A DNA stretch of 64,000 nucleotides from positions 608,001 through 672,000 of the forward strand of contig CAXVYR010000004.1 of assembly GCA_963666975.2 (NCBI GenBank). The letters run 5' to 3'. Each line of letters begins with the position of its first letter. The stretch's first letter is position 1. This DNA comes from Terriglobia bacterium. Its GTDB lineage: Bacteria; Acidobacteriota; Terriglobia; 2-12-FULL-54-10. The position numbers were made by a program, and so were the translations under genes. Below the pieces are notes generated by a model. It searched no databases. It saw nothing but the letters and a program-made list of their open reading frames with translations, and had not been told where the DNA came from. Positions 40,554 through 50,459 of this stretch are shown piece after piece.

Positions 40554-43500
40554 ATGTCAGTGAGAAGGCTTTGGTCGGTGGTATTGGTGTGTGCGTTTTT
40601 CATCGGTGGAATCACTTGGGCTCAGGTGACCACTGGGACGATCTCGGGAACCGTAACCGACTCTACCGGAGCGGTGATTCCCGGAGCCACCATCACATTG
40701 AGGAACGTGGAGACGGGGATTACCCGCACAATCTCCACCGATGCGGCGGGCCGTTACACGGCTCAGCAGTTGGGGCTGGGCGGCTACGAAGTCACGGCGG
40801 GGTCGGCGGGCTTTCAAACTTTGATCCGGAGCGGCATTGAGATGACCGTGGGCCGGCAAGCGGTGTTGGATTTCGCCTTGCAAGTGGGAGCGGTGGCTGA
40901 GTCGGTGACGGTGACCGGGGAAGCTCCGTTGCTGGAGACCACCAACTCAACGGTGGCCGACCTGGTCACTGAGAAACAGATGCGGGATCTGCCGCTGAAC
41001 GGCCGCAGCTTTACGAATTTAGTGGCCATCCAGCCGGGTGTGGTTACAGATCTCGGGATTCCTCAGGGGGTATTCCAAGGTGGAGGCAGGATGTCACTGA
41101 ACGGTGCTCGCCCGCAGCAAAGCTTATACCTGCTGGACGGAACCGATATTGTGGCTCCCTATTCGAATGTGGCTCCTGTCAGCGTATTGTTCCAGGCGCT
41201 GGGAGTGGACACCATTCGGGAATTCTCCGTTTTGCAAAACAACTACGGAGCCCAGTATGGCCGCGCCGTCGGCGGCATCATGAGTGCCGTCACCCGTTCG
41301 GGCACCAACCAGATACACGGCAGCCTGTTTGAGTTTATGCGGAATGAGAAGCTGGACGCCAAGAACTTTTTTGATTCGGGCGAAGATTCGATCCCGCCCT
41401 TCAAGCGAAACCAGTTTGGGGGAACGATTGGGGGACCGATTGTGCAGGACAACACCTTTTTCTTCTTCTCCTACGAAGGTCTGCGGCAGGTCCTGGGAAC
41501 GACGGATTTCGGCACCGTATTCAGCGACGAGACGCGGCTAGGGGTGATCACAGGTTGTCCCCCAGGGCAGTCGAGTTGCACGGAAGAAGAGCGCATTGTG
41601 GCAGACACAGTAACAGTGAATCCTGACATCCAGCCTCTCATCGCCATCGCCCCGCGAGGTAACGGCCGCTATCTGAACGATGGAATTCAGGAATTCTTCG
41701 GCAGCCGGTCGCAGCGGGGCCGGGAGAGTTACTACATGTTCCGCATTGATCAGCGGATCAGCGACAACGACAGTTTGTTTGGCCGGTGGACGGGCGATCA
41801 CAGCAGCAAGGAACTTACCGATGCCCAGTTCTTCGCGGACGGTAGCGGCAGACACACCAGCACCGACGACGACGGTTTCTATGGCTTCTTGACAGTGGAA
41901 TGGACACGAATCCTGTCGCCTACGGTCATCAATATTGCGCGGGCAGGGTTTGCTCGAAACAACAACCGCCAGTGCATGTGCATTGATGGGACTGAGATTG
42001 GTGTGAACGAAATAAGTCACCCCGACTATCCCGTTGGCATGATCCCGGCGCAGTTGCAAATCATCCCCGGAATCCCGTTCGGAGGGCCGTGGGGGATGCC
42101 GGGTGTTGACATTCCTGGCGGGCACAATGGTATTGGCCGTCATACCGAAGGTGCGGACTTGGACGATCCCTTACATTACGTTGACAACACCTTCAGCTTT
42201 GCGAACTCTGTCCGCATTGCAAAGGCCGGGCACTCGGTGGACATCGGCGTGGACGTGAGGCGCTATCAAGAGAACGCGCTGCAATCGGTATGGGGCAAGG
42301 GAGGCACCAACTTCCGTTCCCCCATGCGGAACTTCTTGACCGCCGGCAGACCCGATCTTTGCCTGGAAGGGGGTGAGAGTTCCCGCAACTGCCGTGGGCT
42401 TAACACGCTCACTACGACAGGGATAACCGGACCGCCCGATTCATATCGCGGATTCAGGCAGACCTACTATGCCATGTTCTTTCAGGACGACTACCAAATC
42501 CGGCCGAACCTGACCTTGAACTTTGGGATCCGGTGGGAGTCAATTACGGGGCCTACAGAAGTCAACCAAAAGGTGGCGACCATCCTGGACGTATTGAACG
42601 ATGCGGATTGGACCCAGTTGGGGGACAAACCCTTGTTTGAGCTGCGCGATGGGTTGAAGGGTTTTTCTCCGCGATTCGGCTTTGCTTACAGCCCGGATCA
42701 AAGCACCTCCATCCGCGGTGGTTTTGGAACGTTCCGGGAGATGCCGTTGTTGTACTCGTACCAGTTAGCTGTTTTTTACCCCCCGTTTTCGGATCGGCTA
42801 CAGATACGGTCATTCCCACTTGATGCGTGGCCGAACCCCTTGGCTGGCATTGATCCGGCCGGAGCCCGGCGGCAGCCGCTGACGGTCAACCACGACTACA
42901 AATACCCGTACAGCATGCAATGGAACTTGCAGATTGAGCGGCAGATTGGGCAGACATGGGTAGCCAAGGCCGGCTATGTGGGGACCCGTGGGATCAGTCT
43001 CATATCGATCAATAACCTGCTTCAGCCAGCCCAAGAACTAGATGACCAGGGTGTGCCGTTCACACCTCGCAACGCACCTTCCCCCAATCCGGCCATCTTC
43101 TCGACTCGTAGTTACGGCAATTTTGGGGATTCCTGGTACAACGCGCTGCAACTGCGTCTCAAAAAGCGCTTCAGCCATGGAATAGATTTCAATTTTGGTT
43201 ATACCTGGTCGAAGAACATCGGCGATACGGGAATCGGCCTGAAGGGCGCAGAAACCCCGGGAGGAGACAGTCAGCAAGTCGGCTCCTTATGGGACTGGAA
43301 GATACTTGACAGGGGACTGGTCGCCCAGGACACTCGTCACAACTTCACGTTCAACTTCAGCTACGACGTCCCAATCGGGCCGGGGCGCTTCTTTGGCGGT
43401 AACATGGGCAGTGTCGCGAATACCATCCTCGGTGGCTGGCAGCTCAATAGTATCTTCAAAGCGCGATCAGGGTTACCGATGACCATTTCTGGAGGCGGCT

Positions 43501-43919
43501 ACAGCCGAAACAGCTACTGCCGCACCTGCGAAATTCGGCCCAATTTGGCTCCGGGGGGAGATAATAACCCGGTTAGGGATGAATGGGATCCGAATGCCCC
43601 GACTCCGGAATCTGCTTACTTTGATGTGTCGAATTTTGAGGTCGTGCCAGCCAGCTACTACGGCAACTTGGGGAAGCACACCTTGACCACACCCGGCTTG
43701 ACCACAGTGGATTTCTCCATCTTTAAAATGTTCGAACTGGGCGAGGCCAAGAACCTCCAGTTCCGAGCAGAGGTCTTCAATCTGCCGAATCACCCGAACT
43801 TTGCCCGGCCGAATGCTTCCGTCTTCCGCACCAATGGTTCTGTTAACCCGACGGTAGGGAAGATTACGCAAGCTCGCACCTCCCGGCAGATTCAGTTGGC
43901 GCTCAAGTTCGAGTTCTAA
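40554..43919 (+). CDS. TonB-dependent receptor, Oar-like, with an N-terminal carboxypeptidase-regulatory-like domain
   Basis: AGGAGG RBS; signal peptide; GTISGTVTDSTGAVIPGA, LPLNGR, TRSGTN..HGS, RNQFGG, C-terminal RQIQLALKFEF. Confidence 0.93.
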   Translation: MSVRRLWSVVLVCAFFIGGITWAQVTTGTISGTVTDSTGAVIPGATITLRNVETGITRTISTDAAGRYTAQQLGLGGYEVTAGSAGFQTLIRSGIEMTVGRQAVLDFALQVGAVAESVTVTGEAPLLETTNSTVADLVTEKQMRDLPLNGRSFTNLVAIQPGVVTDLGIPQGVFQGGGRMSLNGARPQQSLYLLDGTDIVAPYSNVAPVSVLFQALGVDTIREFSVLQNNYGAQYGRAVGGIMSAVTRSGTNQIHGSLFEFMRNEKLDAKNFFDSGEDSIPPFKRNQFGGTIGGPIVQDNTFFFFSYEGLRQVLGTTDFGTVFSDETRLGVITGCPPGQSSCTEEERIVADTVTVNPDIQPLIAIAPRGNGRYLNDGIQEFFGSRSQRGRESYYMFRIDQRISDNDSLFGRWTGDHSSKELTDAQFFADGSGRHTSTDDDGFYGFLTVEWTRILSPTVINIARAGFARNNNRQCMCIDGTEIGVNEISHPDYPVGMIPAQLQIIPGIPFGGPWGMPGVDIPGGHNGIGRHTEGADLDDPLHYVDNTFSFANSVRIAKAGHSVDIGVDVRRYQENALQSVWGKGGTNFRSPMRNFLTAGRPDLCLEGGESSRNCRGLNTLTTTGITGPPDSYRGFRQTYYAMFFQDDYQIRPNLTLNFGIRWESITGPTEVNQKVATILDVLNDADWTQLGDKPLFELRDGLKGFSPRFGFAYSPDQSTSIRGGFGTFREMPLLYSYQLAVFYPPFSDRLQIRSFPLDAWPNPLAGIDPAGARRQPLTVNHDYKYPYSMQWNLQIERQIGQTWVAKAGYVGTRGISLISINNLLQPAQELDDQGVPFTPRNAPSPNPAIFSTRSYGNFGDSWYNALQLRLKKRFSHGIDFNFGYTWSKNIGDTGIGLKGAETPGGDSQQVGSLWDWKILDRGLVAQDTRHNFTFNFSYDVPIGPGRFFGGNMGSVANTILGGWQLNSIFKARSGLPMTISGGGYSRNSYCRTCEIRPNLAPGGDNNPVRDEWDPNAPTPESAYFDVSNFEVVPASYYGNLGKHTLTTPGLTTVDFSIFKMFELGEAKNLQFRAEVFNLPNHPNFARPNASVFRTNGSVNPTVGKITQARTSRQIQLALKFEF

Positions 43920-44022
43920 AGCTAGGAGCAGTGACTTAAAGACAAGGTGCTTTCATGAAAGGCTAACCCCTTTGTGGAAGCACCTTTTTTATTTCAGCCT
44001 ATTGCTGAGGAGAGAAGCAATT

Positions 44023-45912
44023 ATGAGGAAAACGCTGTATGCAAGCTTGGCGATAGTTCTGGCTACTGGGTGGGGATGGGCTCAGCAAGAGAATGTTGCA
44101 GCGAAGTTAGGCTATCCCCAGATGATTGTTTACAACGGCAAGGTCGTGACCATGGACGACGCCTCGTTTGAATCACGAGTCGGGACCATTGTGCAGGCGA
44201 TGGCGATCCGGGACAGCAAGATTCTGGCGACGGGGAACAATGCAGAGATTCAGGCTCTGGCCGGGCCGCAGACGAAACAGATTGACCTCCAGGGCAGGAC
44301 GGTGCTGCCGAGCTTCATCATGACCCACGAACATCCCACCGACTGGGTCTTTATCGAGCCACGGGCTTTCCGGCACGTTCTGCCGGGGGACGATGTCATC
44401 GTCTCGCGATGGATGCCGAATGAGCCTCCCAAGCAACAGTTGGCGAAGCTGGAGCCGACGATGCGGGAGGCGGTCTCCAAGGCCAAGCCGGGACAGTGGA
44501 TTCGGGTGATCTTCAACTGGGGACCGGAATACGAATGGGCCACCGAGATGCAGCCGCTCTTTCGCAATTCCATCACCAAGGAATGGCTCGATGACATGGC
44601 CCCCAATAACCCGGTCACTGTGAAGAATGGATTCATTAATTCCGTATCCAATAGTAAAGCTGTCGAGGAATTGGCAAAGGTGCATGATCTGGAATCCTAC
44701 GATCCTGGCCCCGGCGGCGGAGGCCAAAAGGGCATTCGAGCCAGAGAAACCGGGCAATTGGGACGCCCGGTAGATCCCAATGCCATGCTCAGAGGAAAGC
44801 TCCCGGTGCTGGCTGAGCTATTGAAAGCGGAGTTGGAATTGTGGGGAAGCTACGGGATCACGACCTTTGGTTCCTCGCCCTACGCCTATCACAACCTCCA
44901 GGCCTTGGACTATTTGGACAAGCGAGGCGAGATGCCTGCCCGTTTTACCTGGGGTTATACGGGACCGACTTGGGACATAGAGACATTGCGGGTCCTGGCG
45001 GGCACATTAGGACATGGGACAGACCACCTGTGGCTTGTGGGAGCGTGGAAAGATACGGGCAGCGGTTGCATGAGCGTGCCGATGAGAGCGGAATGGGTCG
45101 AGCAAATGCGCGAGCAAGACGCGGGCTTTTCAGGGACGGGCCGCTGCAATTTCGCTCCCGGCACCGAGGGGAGAGAGATTCTGGAGCGGATCGTCGAAAG
45201 TGGCCTGCGGGTGGCCACGCTGCATACTGGCGGGGATAAGGATATCGACTACTTCATGGATGCGATCGAGCAGGCGAGCAAAAAAGCAGGTTTTACTCTA
45301 GACCAGATCCGCAGCAAGCGTCATGCCTTTGACCACAGTTCGGGTGCTCCCCGGCCAGATCAGATCCCCCGCATTAAGAACCTGGGGATGATGGTAAGCC
45401 AGATCAATACCATTTTGTGGGAGACGCACCGCGGGGCATCGATGACCGCCAAACAGTATGGGATTGAGTACACCGACTGGGTGGTGCCCCGGAAGAGTTT
45501 GACCGAGGCGGGGGTGATGACCACCTTCGAGATCGACCGGCCCTTGCCGCGCAAGGTGTTTTTCTTCATTACCAAAGGGATGAATCGGTACAACGACCGG
45601 GACCAGAGGGTCTATGGGCCGAACCAGAGGACGGACCGAATTGTCCAACTGAAGGCCCTGACGGTGTGGGGAGGCTATTACGTCTTGCGGGAAAACCTGT
45701 TGGGTACGCTGGAACCGGGTAAGTTTGCGGATTTCATCGTCCTGGATCGGGACTTTCTGACGGTCCCGGAGGCGGAGATCCCAGACACGACGGTGTTGAT
45801 GACGGTGGTGGGCGGCAAGACAGTGCATTTGGCTTCCCCGCTAGCGAGGGAGATTGGGATGCAACCAGTGGGCGCGAGCACCTGGACGGAACCGATCCCG
45901 GAGGGATGGTAA
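44023..45912 (+). CDS. Secreted YtcJ-like amidohydrolase (paralog AH3)
   Basis: Signal peptide GWA-Q; THEHPTDW, LHTGGD, FDH, EIDRP, GTLEPGKFAD. Confidence 0.85.
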   Translation: MRKTLYASLAIVLATGWGWAQQENVAAKLGYPQMIVYNGKVVTMDDASFESRVGTIVQAMAIRDSKILATGNNAEIQALAGPQTKQIDLQGRTVLPSFIMTHEHPTDWVFIEPRAFRHVLPGDDVIVSRWMPNEPPKQQLAKLEPTMREAVSKAKPGQWIRVIFNWGPEYEWATEMQPLFRNSITKEWLDDMAPNNPVTVKNGFINSVSNSKAVEELAKVHDLESYDPGPGGGGQKGIRARETGQLGRPVDPNAMLRGKLPVLAELLKAELELWGSYGITTFGSSPYAYHNLQALDYLDKRGEMPARFTWGYTGPTWDIETLRVLAGTLGHGTDHLWLVGAWKDTGSGCMSVPMRAEWVEQMREQDAGFSGTGRCNFAPGTEGREILERIVESGLRVATLHTGGDKDIDYFMDAIEQASKKAGFTLDQIRSKRHAFDHSSGAPRPDQIPRIKNLGMMVSQINTILWETHRGASMTAKQYGIEYTDWVVPRKSLTEAGVMTTFEIDRPLPRKVFFFITKGMNRYNDRDQRVYGPNQRTDRIVQLKALTVWGGYYVLRENLLGTLEPGKFADFIVLDRDFLTVPEAEIPDTTVLMTVVGGKTVHLASPLAREIGMQPVGASTWTEPIPEGW

Positions 45913-45936
45913 CCAAAGCCTTATTATTGAGGTTTA

Positions 45937-46015
45937 CATAATATAGTGACACTTAGATTCGCTGGGCGGCCTTCTGTAGGGCTTTTGAAGCCTGTAGAAA
46001 TGTCACTATATTATG
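45937..46015. repeat. 79-bp element bounded by a perfect 15-bp inverted repeat
   Basis: CATAATATAGTGACA ... TGTCACTATATTATG. Confidence 0.75.
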
Positions 46016-46106
46016 AAATGTTCAATAGGAGAAAATCGTCCTTACGGACCGTTAATCGATTGGAGCAACCGGTACATTTTTCTGCATTAACACAAGGGAG
46101 GAAACC

Positions 46107-48002
46107 ATGAGGAAAGCGGGCGCGATACTGTTGGCAGTTGTTTGGTGTAGTGTTTGGGGATGGTCCCAGAATGTTAGCGTACCGGCGGTGCTGGCGAACT
46201 ATCCACAAATGATCGTGTACAACGGAAAGATCGTAACCATGGACGATGAGTCCTTCGAGCCCCGCGTCGGGACGATCGTGCAGGCGATGGCGATCCGGGA
46301 CGGGAAGATCTTCAAGATGGGGAACGATGCGGAGATACGAGCCCTGGCGGGCCCGCAGACGAGGCAGATTGACTTGAAGGGGCGAGAGGTGCTGCCGGGT
46401 TTTATCATGACGCACGAGCACCCTGTCGACTGGATGTGGACGGAACCTTTGGCCTTCCGGCATGTCTTCCCGAATGACGAGGTAGCTGTCTCGCGATGGC
46501 TGCCTAACCTGCCGGCGAAGGAACAGTTTGCGCTGTTTGAGCCAACGATGCGGGAGGCACTGGCGAAGGCAAAACCGGGTCAGTGGATCCGGGTGATTCC
46601 CAACTGGGGCCCGGACAACGAGTGGGCTGAAGAATTTAGAGGGCAACTTGGTGATATCTGGGAAACATCCATCAAGAAAGAATACCTGGATATATTGGCG
46701 CCCAACAATCCGGTCTGCATCAGTAACGGCTTTACCAGCGCTTGCATGTCCAACACGAAGGCCATACAGGAATATCGTAGTGTGCATTCAGACATGGACG
46801 CTCAAGATGAGCAATCGGGAGTGTTAGGCCGCAAGATGCCGTCCGATGTCATACTGAAGGGGAAAGTGCCCCTTTTAGCTGAGCTTCTGAAGGCTGAACT
46901 GGAGTTGTGGGCTCGCTACGGGATCACGGCTTATGGCTCCGCGCCTTATGCTTACACGAACCTGCAAGCCCTGAATATTTTGGACCAAAGAGGCGATCTG
47001 CCGGCGCGGTATGCGTGGACATGGCATGCTGCAGTAGCTCCAAAAGGGTGGGATTTAGACACACTGCGACATATGTCTGGCATGCTGGGACAAGGGTCGG
47101 ACCACTTGTGGTTTATAGGCGCTTTCGGTTCTTCTGGCGGTTGCATGTCGATCTCGCCGAGACCCGAGTGGTCGGAGAAGTGGGGAGCCAATCTGCCTCG
47201 GTATTCCTATAGCCCGGAATGCCGTAACGCTCCCGGCACGCCTGGGTATGATAGGAATGTGGCGATCGCCGAGTCCGGCCTCCGGATCGCCACAATGCAT
47301 TCCTCAGGGGACAAAGGGATTGACTACGTCATGGACGCAATCGAAGAGGGTAGCAGACGAGCCGGGTTGACGCCGGAAGAGATTCGCTCCAAGCGGCATG
47401 CGTTTGATCATGCAGCGGGAGCTCCCCGACCGGGCCAGATTCCTCGCCTCAAGAACCTGGGGATGATGACGAGCATGCTCAATACGATTCTGTGGGAGAC
47501 CCACCGGGGGGCCTCGCAGGTTGCCAGGCAGTTCGGGGTGGAATACACGAACTGGGTCGTCCCCCGCAAGAGTGTGGCGGATGCCGGAATCATGAATACG
47601 TTTGAAATAGACCGGCCGCTGCCGCACAAAGTGTTTTTCTTTGTTGCAAAAGGGATGAACCGCTATAACGACCGGGATCAGCAAGTGTACGGACCGGGGG
47701 AGAGGACGGACCGGATTACGCAGTTGAAAGCGCTGACGACCTGGGGAGGATATTATTTGCTGCGGGAAAACCTGGTGGGGAGGCTGGCACAGGGCTCGTA
47801 TGCTGACTTCATTGTGCTGGACCGGGACTTTCTGACGATACCGGAGGCGGAGATACCACAGACGCAGGTGCTGATGACGGTGGTCGGCGGGAAGACGGTG
47901 CATCTAGGCAATGCCCTGGCCAGAGAGATTGGGATGCAGCCAGTGGGGCCGAGCACCTGGGCGGAGCCGATTCCGGAAGGATGGGAGCCGAAGGCTTATT
48001 GA
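46107..48002 (+). CDS. Secreted YtcJ-like amidohydrolase (paralog AH4)
   Basis: GGAGG RBS, signal peptide; THEHPVDW, MHSSGD, FDH, EIDRP. Confidence 0.85.
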   Translation: MRKAGAILLAVVWCSVWGWSQNVSVPAVLANYPQMIVYNGKIVTMDDESFEPRVGTIVQAMAIRDGKIFKMGNDAEIRALAGPQTRQIDLKGREVLPGFIMTHEHPVDWMWTEPLAFRHVFPNDEVAVSRWLPNLPAKEQFALFEPTMREALAKAKPGQWIRVIPNWGPDNEWAEEFRGQLGDIWETSIKKEYLDILAPNNPVCISNGFTSACMSNTKAIQEYRSVHSDMDAQDEQSGVLGRKMPSDVILKGKVPLLAELLKAELELWARYGITAYGSAPYAYTNLQALNILDQRGDLPARYAWTWHAAVAPKGWDLDTLRHMSGMLGQGSDHLWFIGAFGSSGGCMSISPRPEWSEKWGANLPRYSYSPECRNAPGTPGYDRNVAIAESGLRIATMHSSGDKGIDYVMDAIEEGSRRAGLTPEEIRSKRHAFDHAAGAPRPGQIPRLKNLGMMTSMLNTILWETHRGASQVARQFGVEYTNWVVPRKSVADAGIMNTFEIDRPLPHKVFFFVAKGMNRYNDRDQQVYGPGERTDRITQLKALTTWGGYYLLRENLVGRLAQGSYADFIVLDRDFLTIPEAEIPQTQVLMTVVGGKTVHLGNALAREIGMQPVGPSTWAEPIPEGWEPKAY

Positions 48003-48034
48003 GCCGAATGTTAGGTTTGCGGTAGGAGAGGAAG

Positions 48035-49948
48035 ATGAGAATAGGTCGGATAATGAGTGTGGTTTTGACTGTGGTGTTAGCCTCTGGCTTGGCCTGGTCT
48101 CAACAAGCGAATGTTGCAGCGAAGTTAGGCTATCCCCAGATGATCGTCTACAACGGCAAGGTCGTGACCATGGACGACGCCTCGTTTGAGTCGAAGGTAG
48201 GCACCATCGGGCAAGCGATGGCGGTGCGCGGGGACAAGGTATTGGCCGTCGGAACCAACTCGGAAATTCGCGCTCTGGCCGGGCCGCAAACCAAGCAAAT
48301 GGACTTAAAGGGCCGGACCGTGCTGCCCAGCTTCATCCTGACCCACGAACATCCCACCGACTGGGTCTTTATCGAGCCAAGGGCTTTCCGGCACGTTCTG
48401 CCGGGAGACGATGTCATCGTCTCCCGATGGATGCCGAACGAGCCTCCCAAGCAACAGTTGGCGAAGCTGGAGCCGACGATGCGGGAGGCGGTGTCCAAGG
48501 CCAAGCCGGGACAGTGGATTCGGGTGATCTTCAACTGGGGACCGGAATACGAATGGGCTACGGAGATGCAGCCGCTGTTTCGCAACTCCATCACCAAGGA
48601 ATGGCTCGATGACCTGGCCCCCAATAACCCGGTCACTGTGAAGAATGGATTCATTAATTCCATTGTCAACAGCAAAGCCATCGAGGAATATCGGAGTGTC
48701 CACGATGACGTCAGTTTTTACTCGACCGGGCGCCGGGGAGGCGGACGGATTCCGGAACGGGAGGCCCAGGCCGAGCGAACAGGGAACTTAGGCCGTCCCG
48801 TCGATCCGGATGCCATGCTCAAAGGGAAGCTCCCGGTGCTGGCCGAGCTGTTGAAAGCAGAGTTGGAGTTATGGGCAAGCTTCGGGATGACAACCTTCGG
48901 TTCCTCCCCCTATGCCTATCACAACCTCCAAGCCTTTCACCTTTTGGATCAGAAAGGCGAAATGCCAGCTCGCTTCGCTTGGGGTTATACGGGGCCTGCT
49001 TGGGACAAGGAGACATTGCGCGTCCTGGCAGGCACACTGGGACATGGGACGGATCACCTGTGGAATGTGGGGGTGTGGAGTGGCTCGGGCAGCGGTTGCA
49101 TGACCGTGCCGATGCGAGCGGAGTGGATCGAACAAATGCGCGAGCAAGGCGCGGACTTTGCAAGGTCGGGCCGGTGCAGTTTCGCTCCCGGTGCAGTTGG
49201 AAGAGAGATCATGGAAAGGATCATCGAAAGCGGCAATCGTATAGCCACGATGCACACGGGTGGAGACAAGGATATCGACTATTTCCTGGACGCGATTGAG
49301 CAGGCGAGCAAGAGAGCAGGCATTCCTCTGGACGAGGTCCGCGCCAAGCGCCATGCTTTTGACCACGGTTCGGGTGCTCCCCGGCCGGACCAGATCCCCC
49401 GCATTAAGAACCTGGGGATGATGGTGAGCCTGATCAACACCGTTTTGTGGGAGACGCACCGGGGGGCGTCGGTGACTGCCAAGCAGTATGGGATTGAGTA
49501 CACCGATTGGGTGGTGCCGCGGAAGAGTTTGACCGAGGCGGAGGTGATGACCGGCTTCGAGATCGACCGGCCTCTGCCGCACAAGGTGTTTTTCTTTATC
49601 ACCAAAGGGATGAATCGGTACAACGACCGGGACCAGAGAGTCTATGGGCCGAATCAGAAGACGGACCGGATCACCCAGTTGAAGGCGTTAACGGTGTGGG
49701 GAGGCTATTACGTCTTGCGGGAAAATCTGTTGGGTACGCTGGAGCCCGGTAAGTTTGCGGATTTCATCGTGCTGGACAAGGATTTTCTGACCGTCCCGGA
49801 GGATCAGATTCCAGGCATTCAAGTGCTGATGACCTCAGTGGGCGGCGAGGTGGTTCACCTGACTTCTTCGCTGGCCAGCGAGATCGGAATGCAGCCCGTG
49901 GGCGCTACCACCTGGAAGGAAGCGATCCCGGAAGGTTGGGAATACTAG
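48035..49948 (+). CDS. Secreted YtcJ-like amidohydrolase (paralog AH5)
   Basis: Signal peptide AWS-Q; THEHPTDW, MHTGGD, FDH, EIDRP. Confidence 0.85.
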   Translation: MRIGRIMSVVLTVVLASGLAWSQQANVAAKLGYPQMIVYNGKVVTMDDASFESKVGTIGQAMAVRGDKVLAVGTNSEIRALAGPQTKQMDLKGRTVLPSFILTHEHPTDWVFIEPRAFRHVLPGDDVIVSRWMPNEPPKQQLAKLEPTMREAVSKAKPGQWIRVIFNWGPEYEWATEMQPLFRNSITKEWLDDLAPNNPVTVKNGFINSIVNSKAIEEYRSVHDDVSFYSTGRRGGGRIPEREAQAERTGNLGRPVDPDAMLKGKLPVLAELLKAELELWASFGMTTFGSSPYAYHNLQAFHLLDQKGEMPARFAWGYTGPAWDKETLRVLAGTLGHGTDHLWNVGVWSGSGSGCMTVPMRAEWIEQMREQGADFARSGRCSFAPGAVGREIMERIIESGNRIATMHTGGDKDIDYFLDAIEQASKRAGIPLDEVRAKRHAFDHGSGAPRPDQIPRIKNLGMMVSLINTVLWETHRGASVTAKQYGIEYTDWVVPRKSLTEAEVMTGFEIDRPLPHKVFFFITKGMNRYNDRDQRVYGPNQKTDRITQLKALTVWGGYYVLRENLLGTLEPGKFADFIVLDKDFLTVPEDQIPGIQVLMTSVGGEVVHLTSSLASEIGMQPVGATTWKEAIPEGWEY

Positions 49949-50159
49949 AGCGTTTTCGCAAATGGTGTAAACCACAACGCGTTGTCATTCCGAGCGCAGC
50001 GAGGAATCTGCTTTTCGCCGGGTAAGGGCCAATCCCCTTGTACAAAAGCAGATCCTTCGCGGCGTTTACCCTGAGCAACGCCGAAGGGCTCAGGATGACA
50101 GCCAAAGAGGTTGCCTGGTTCCGATGGCGGAGCGGTCTACACCATTTGCGAAAACGGTA
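49948..50159. mobile_element. TA-flanked MITE (IS630-like ends) carrying REP-like palindromes
   Basis: TIR core CGTTTTCGCAAATGGTGTA (49951-49969) / TACACCATTTGCGAAAACG (50138-50156); TA on both sides. Confidence 0.75.
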
Positions 50160-50253
50160 TAAATCAAGAGACTTTTTCTTCGCGGGATGGGGAGGCGATG
50201 ATGAAACCCACTCTGTGCCTATTAGCCTTACTGTGTATAGTAGCGGCCGGCGT

Positions 50254-50419
50254 GGTGCTTCCGCAATCGACTGTTGGTGGGATCAGCATAACCTTATAAT
50301 GTTCAATATGTTGCTGGCAGAAATGGTCTTGGCAGTTCTGCCGTGTGGCAAATACAGGATAACCAAATTTGTTTGTTGGATATAGGGATGCGCTAACAAC
50401 ACAAGATTGCGGAAGCACC
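50254..50419. mobile_element. MITE with 15-bp TIRs GGTGCTTCCGCAATC
   Basis: Perfect TIR pair, non-coding interior; second copy at 58996-59143. Confidence 0.8.
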
Positions 50420-50459
50420 GAATAAATAGAATTGGTGTGAACTTTTGGACAAGCGGGTT

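Noticed and set aside
44023-49948. Diversity-generating retroelement as the cause of paralogue similarity
   Set aside because: No reverse transcriptase in the window, and the differences between repeats do not look adenine-specific.
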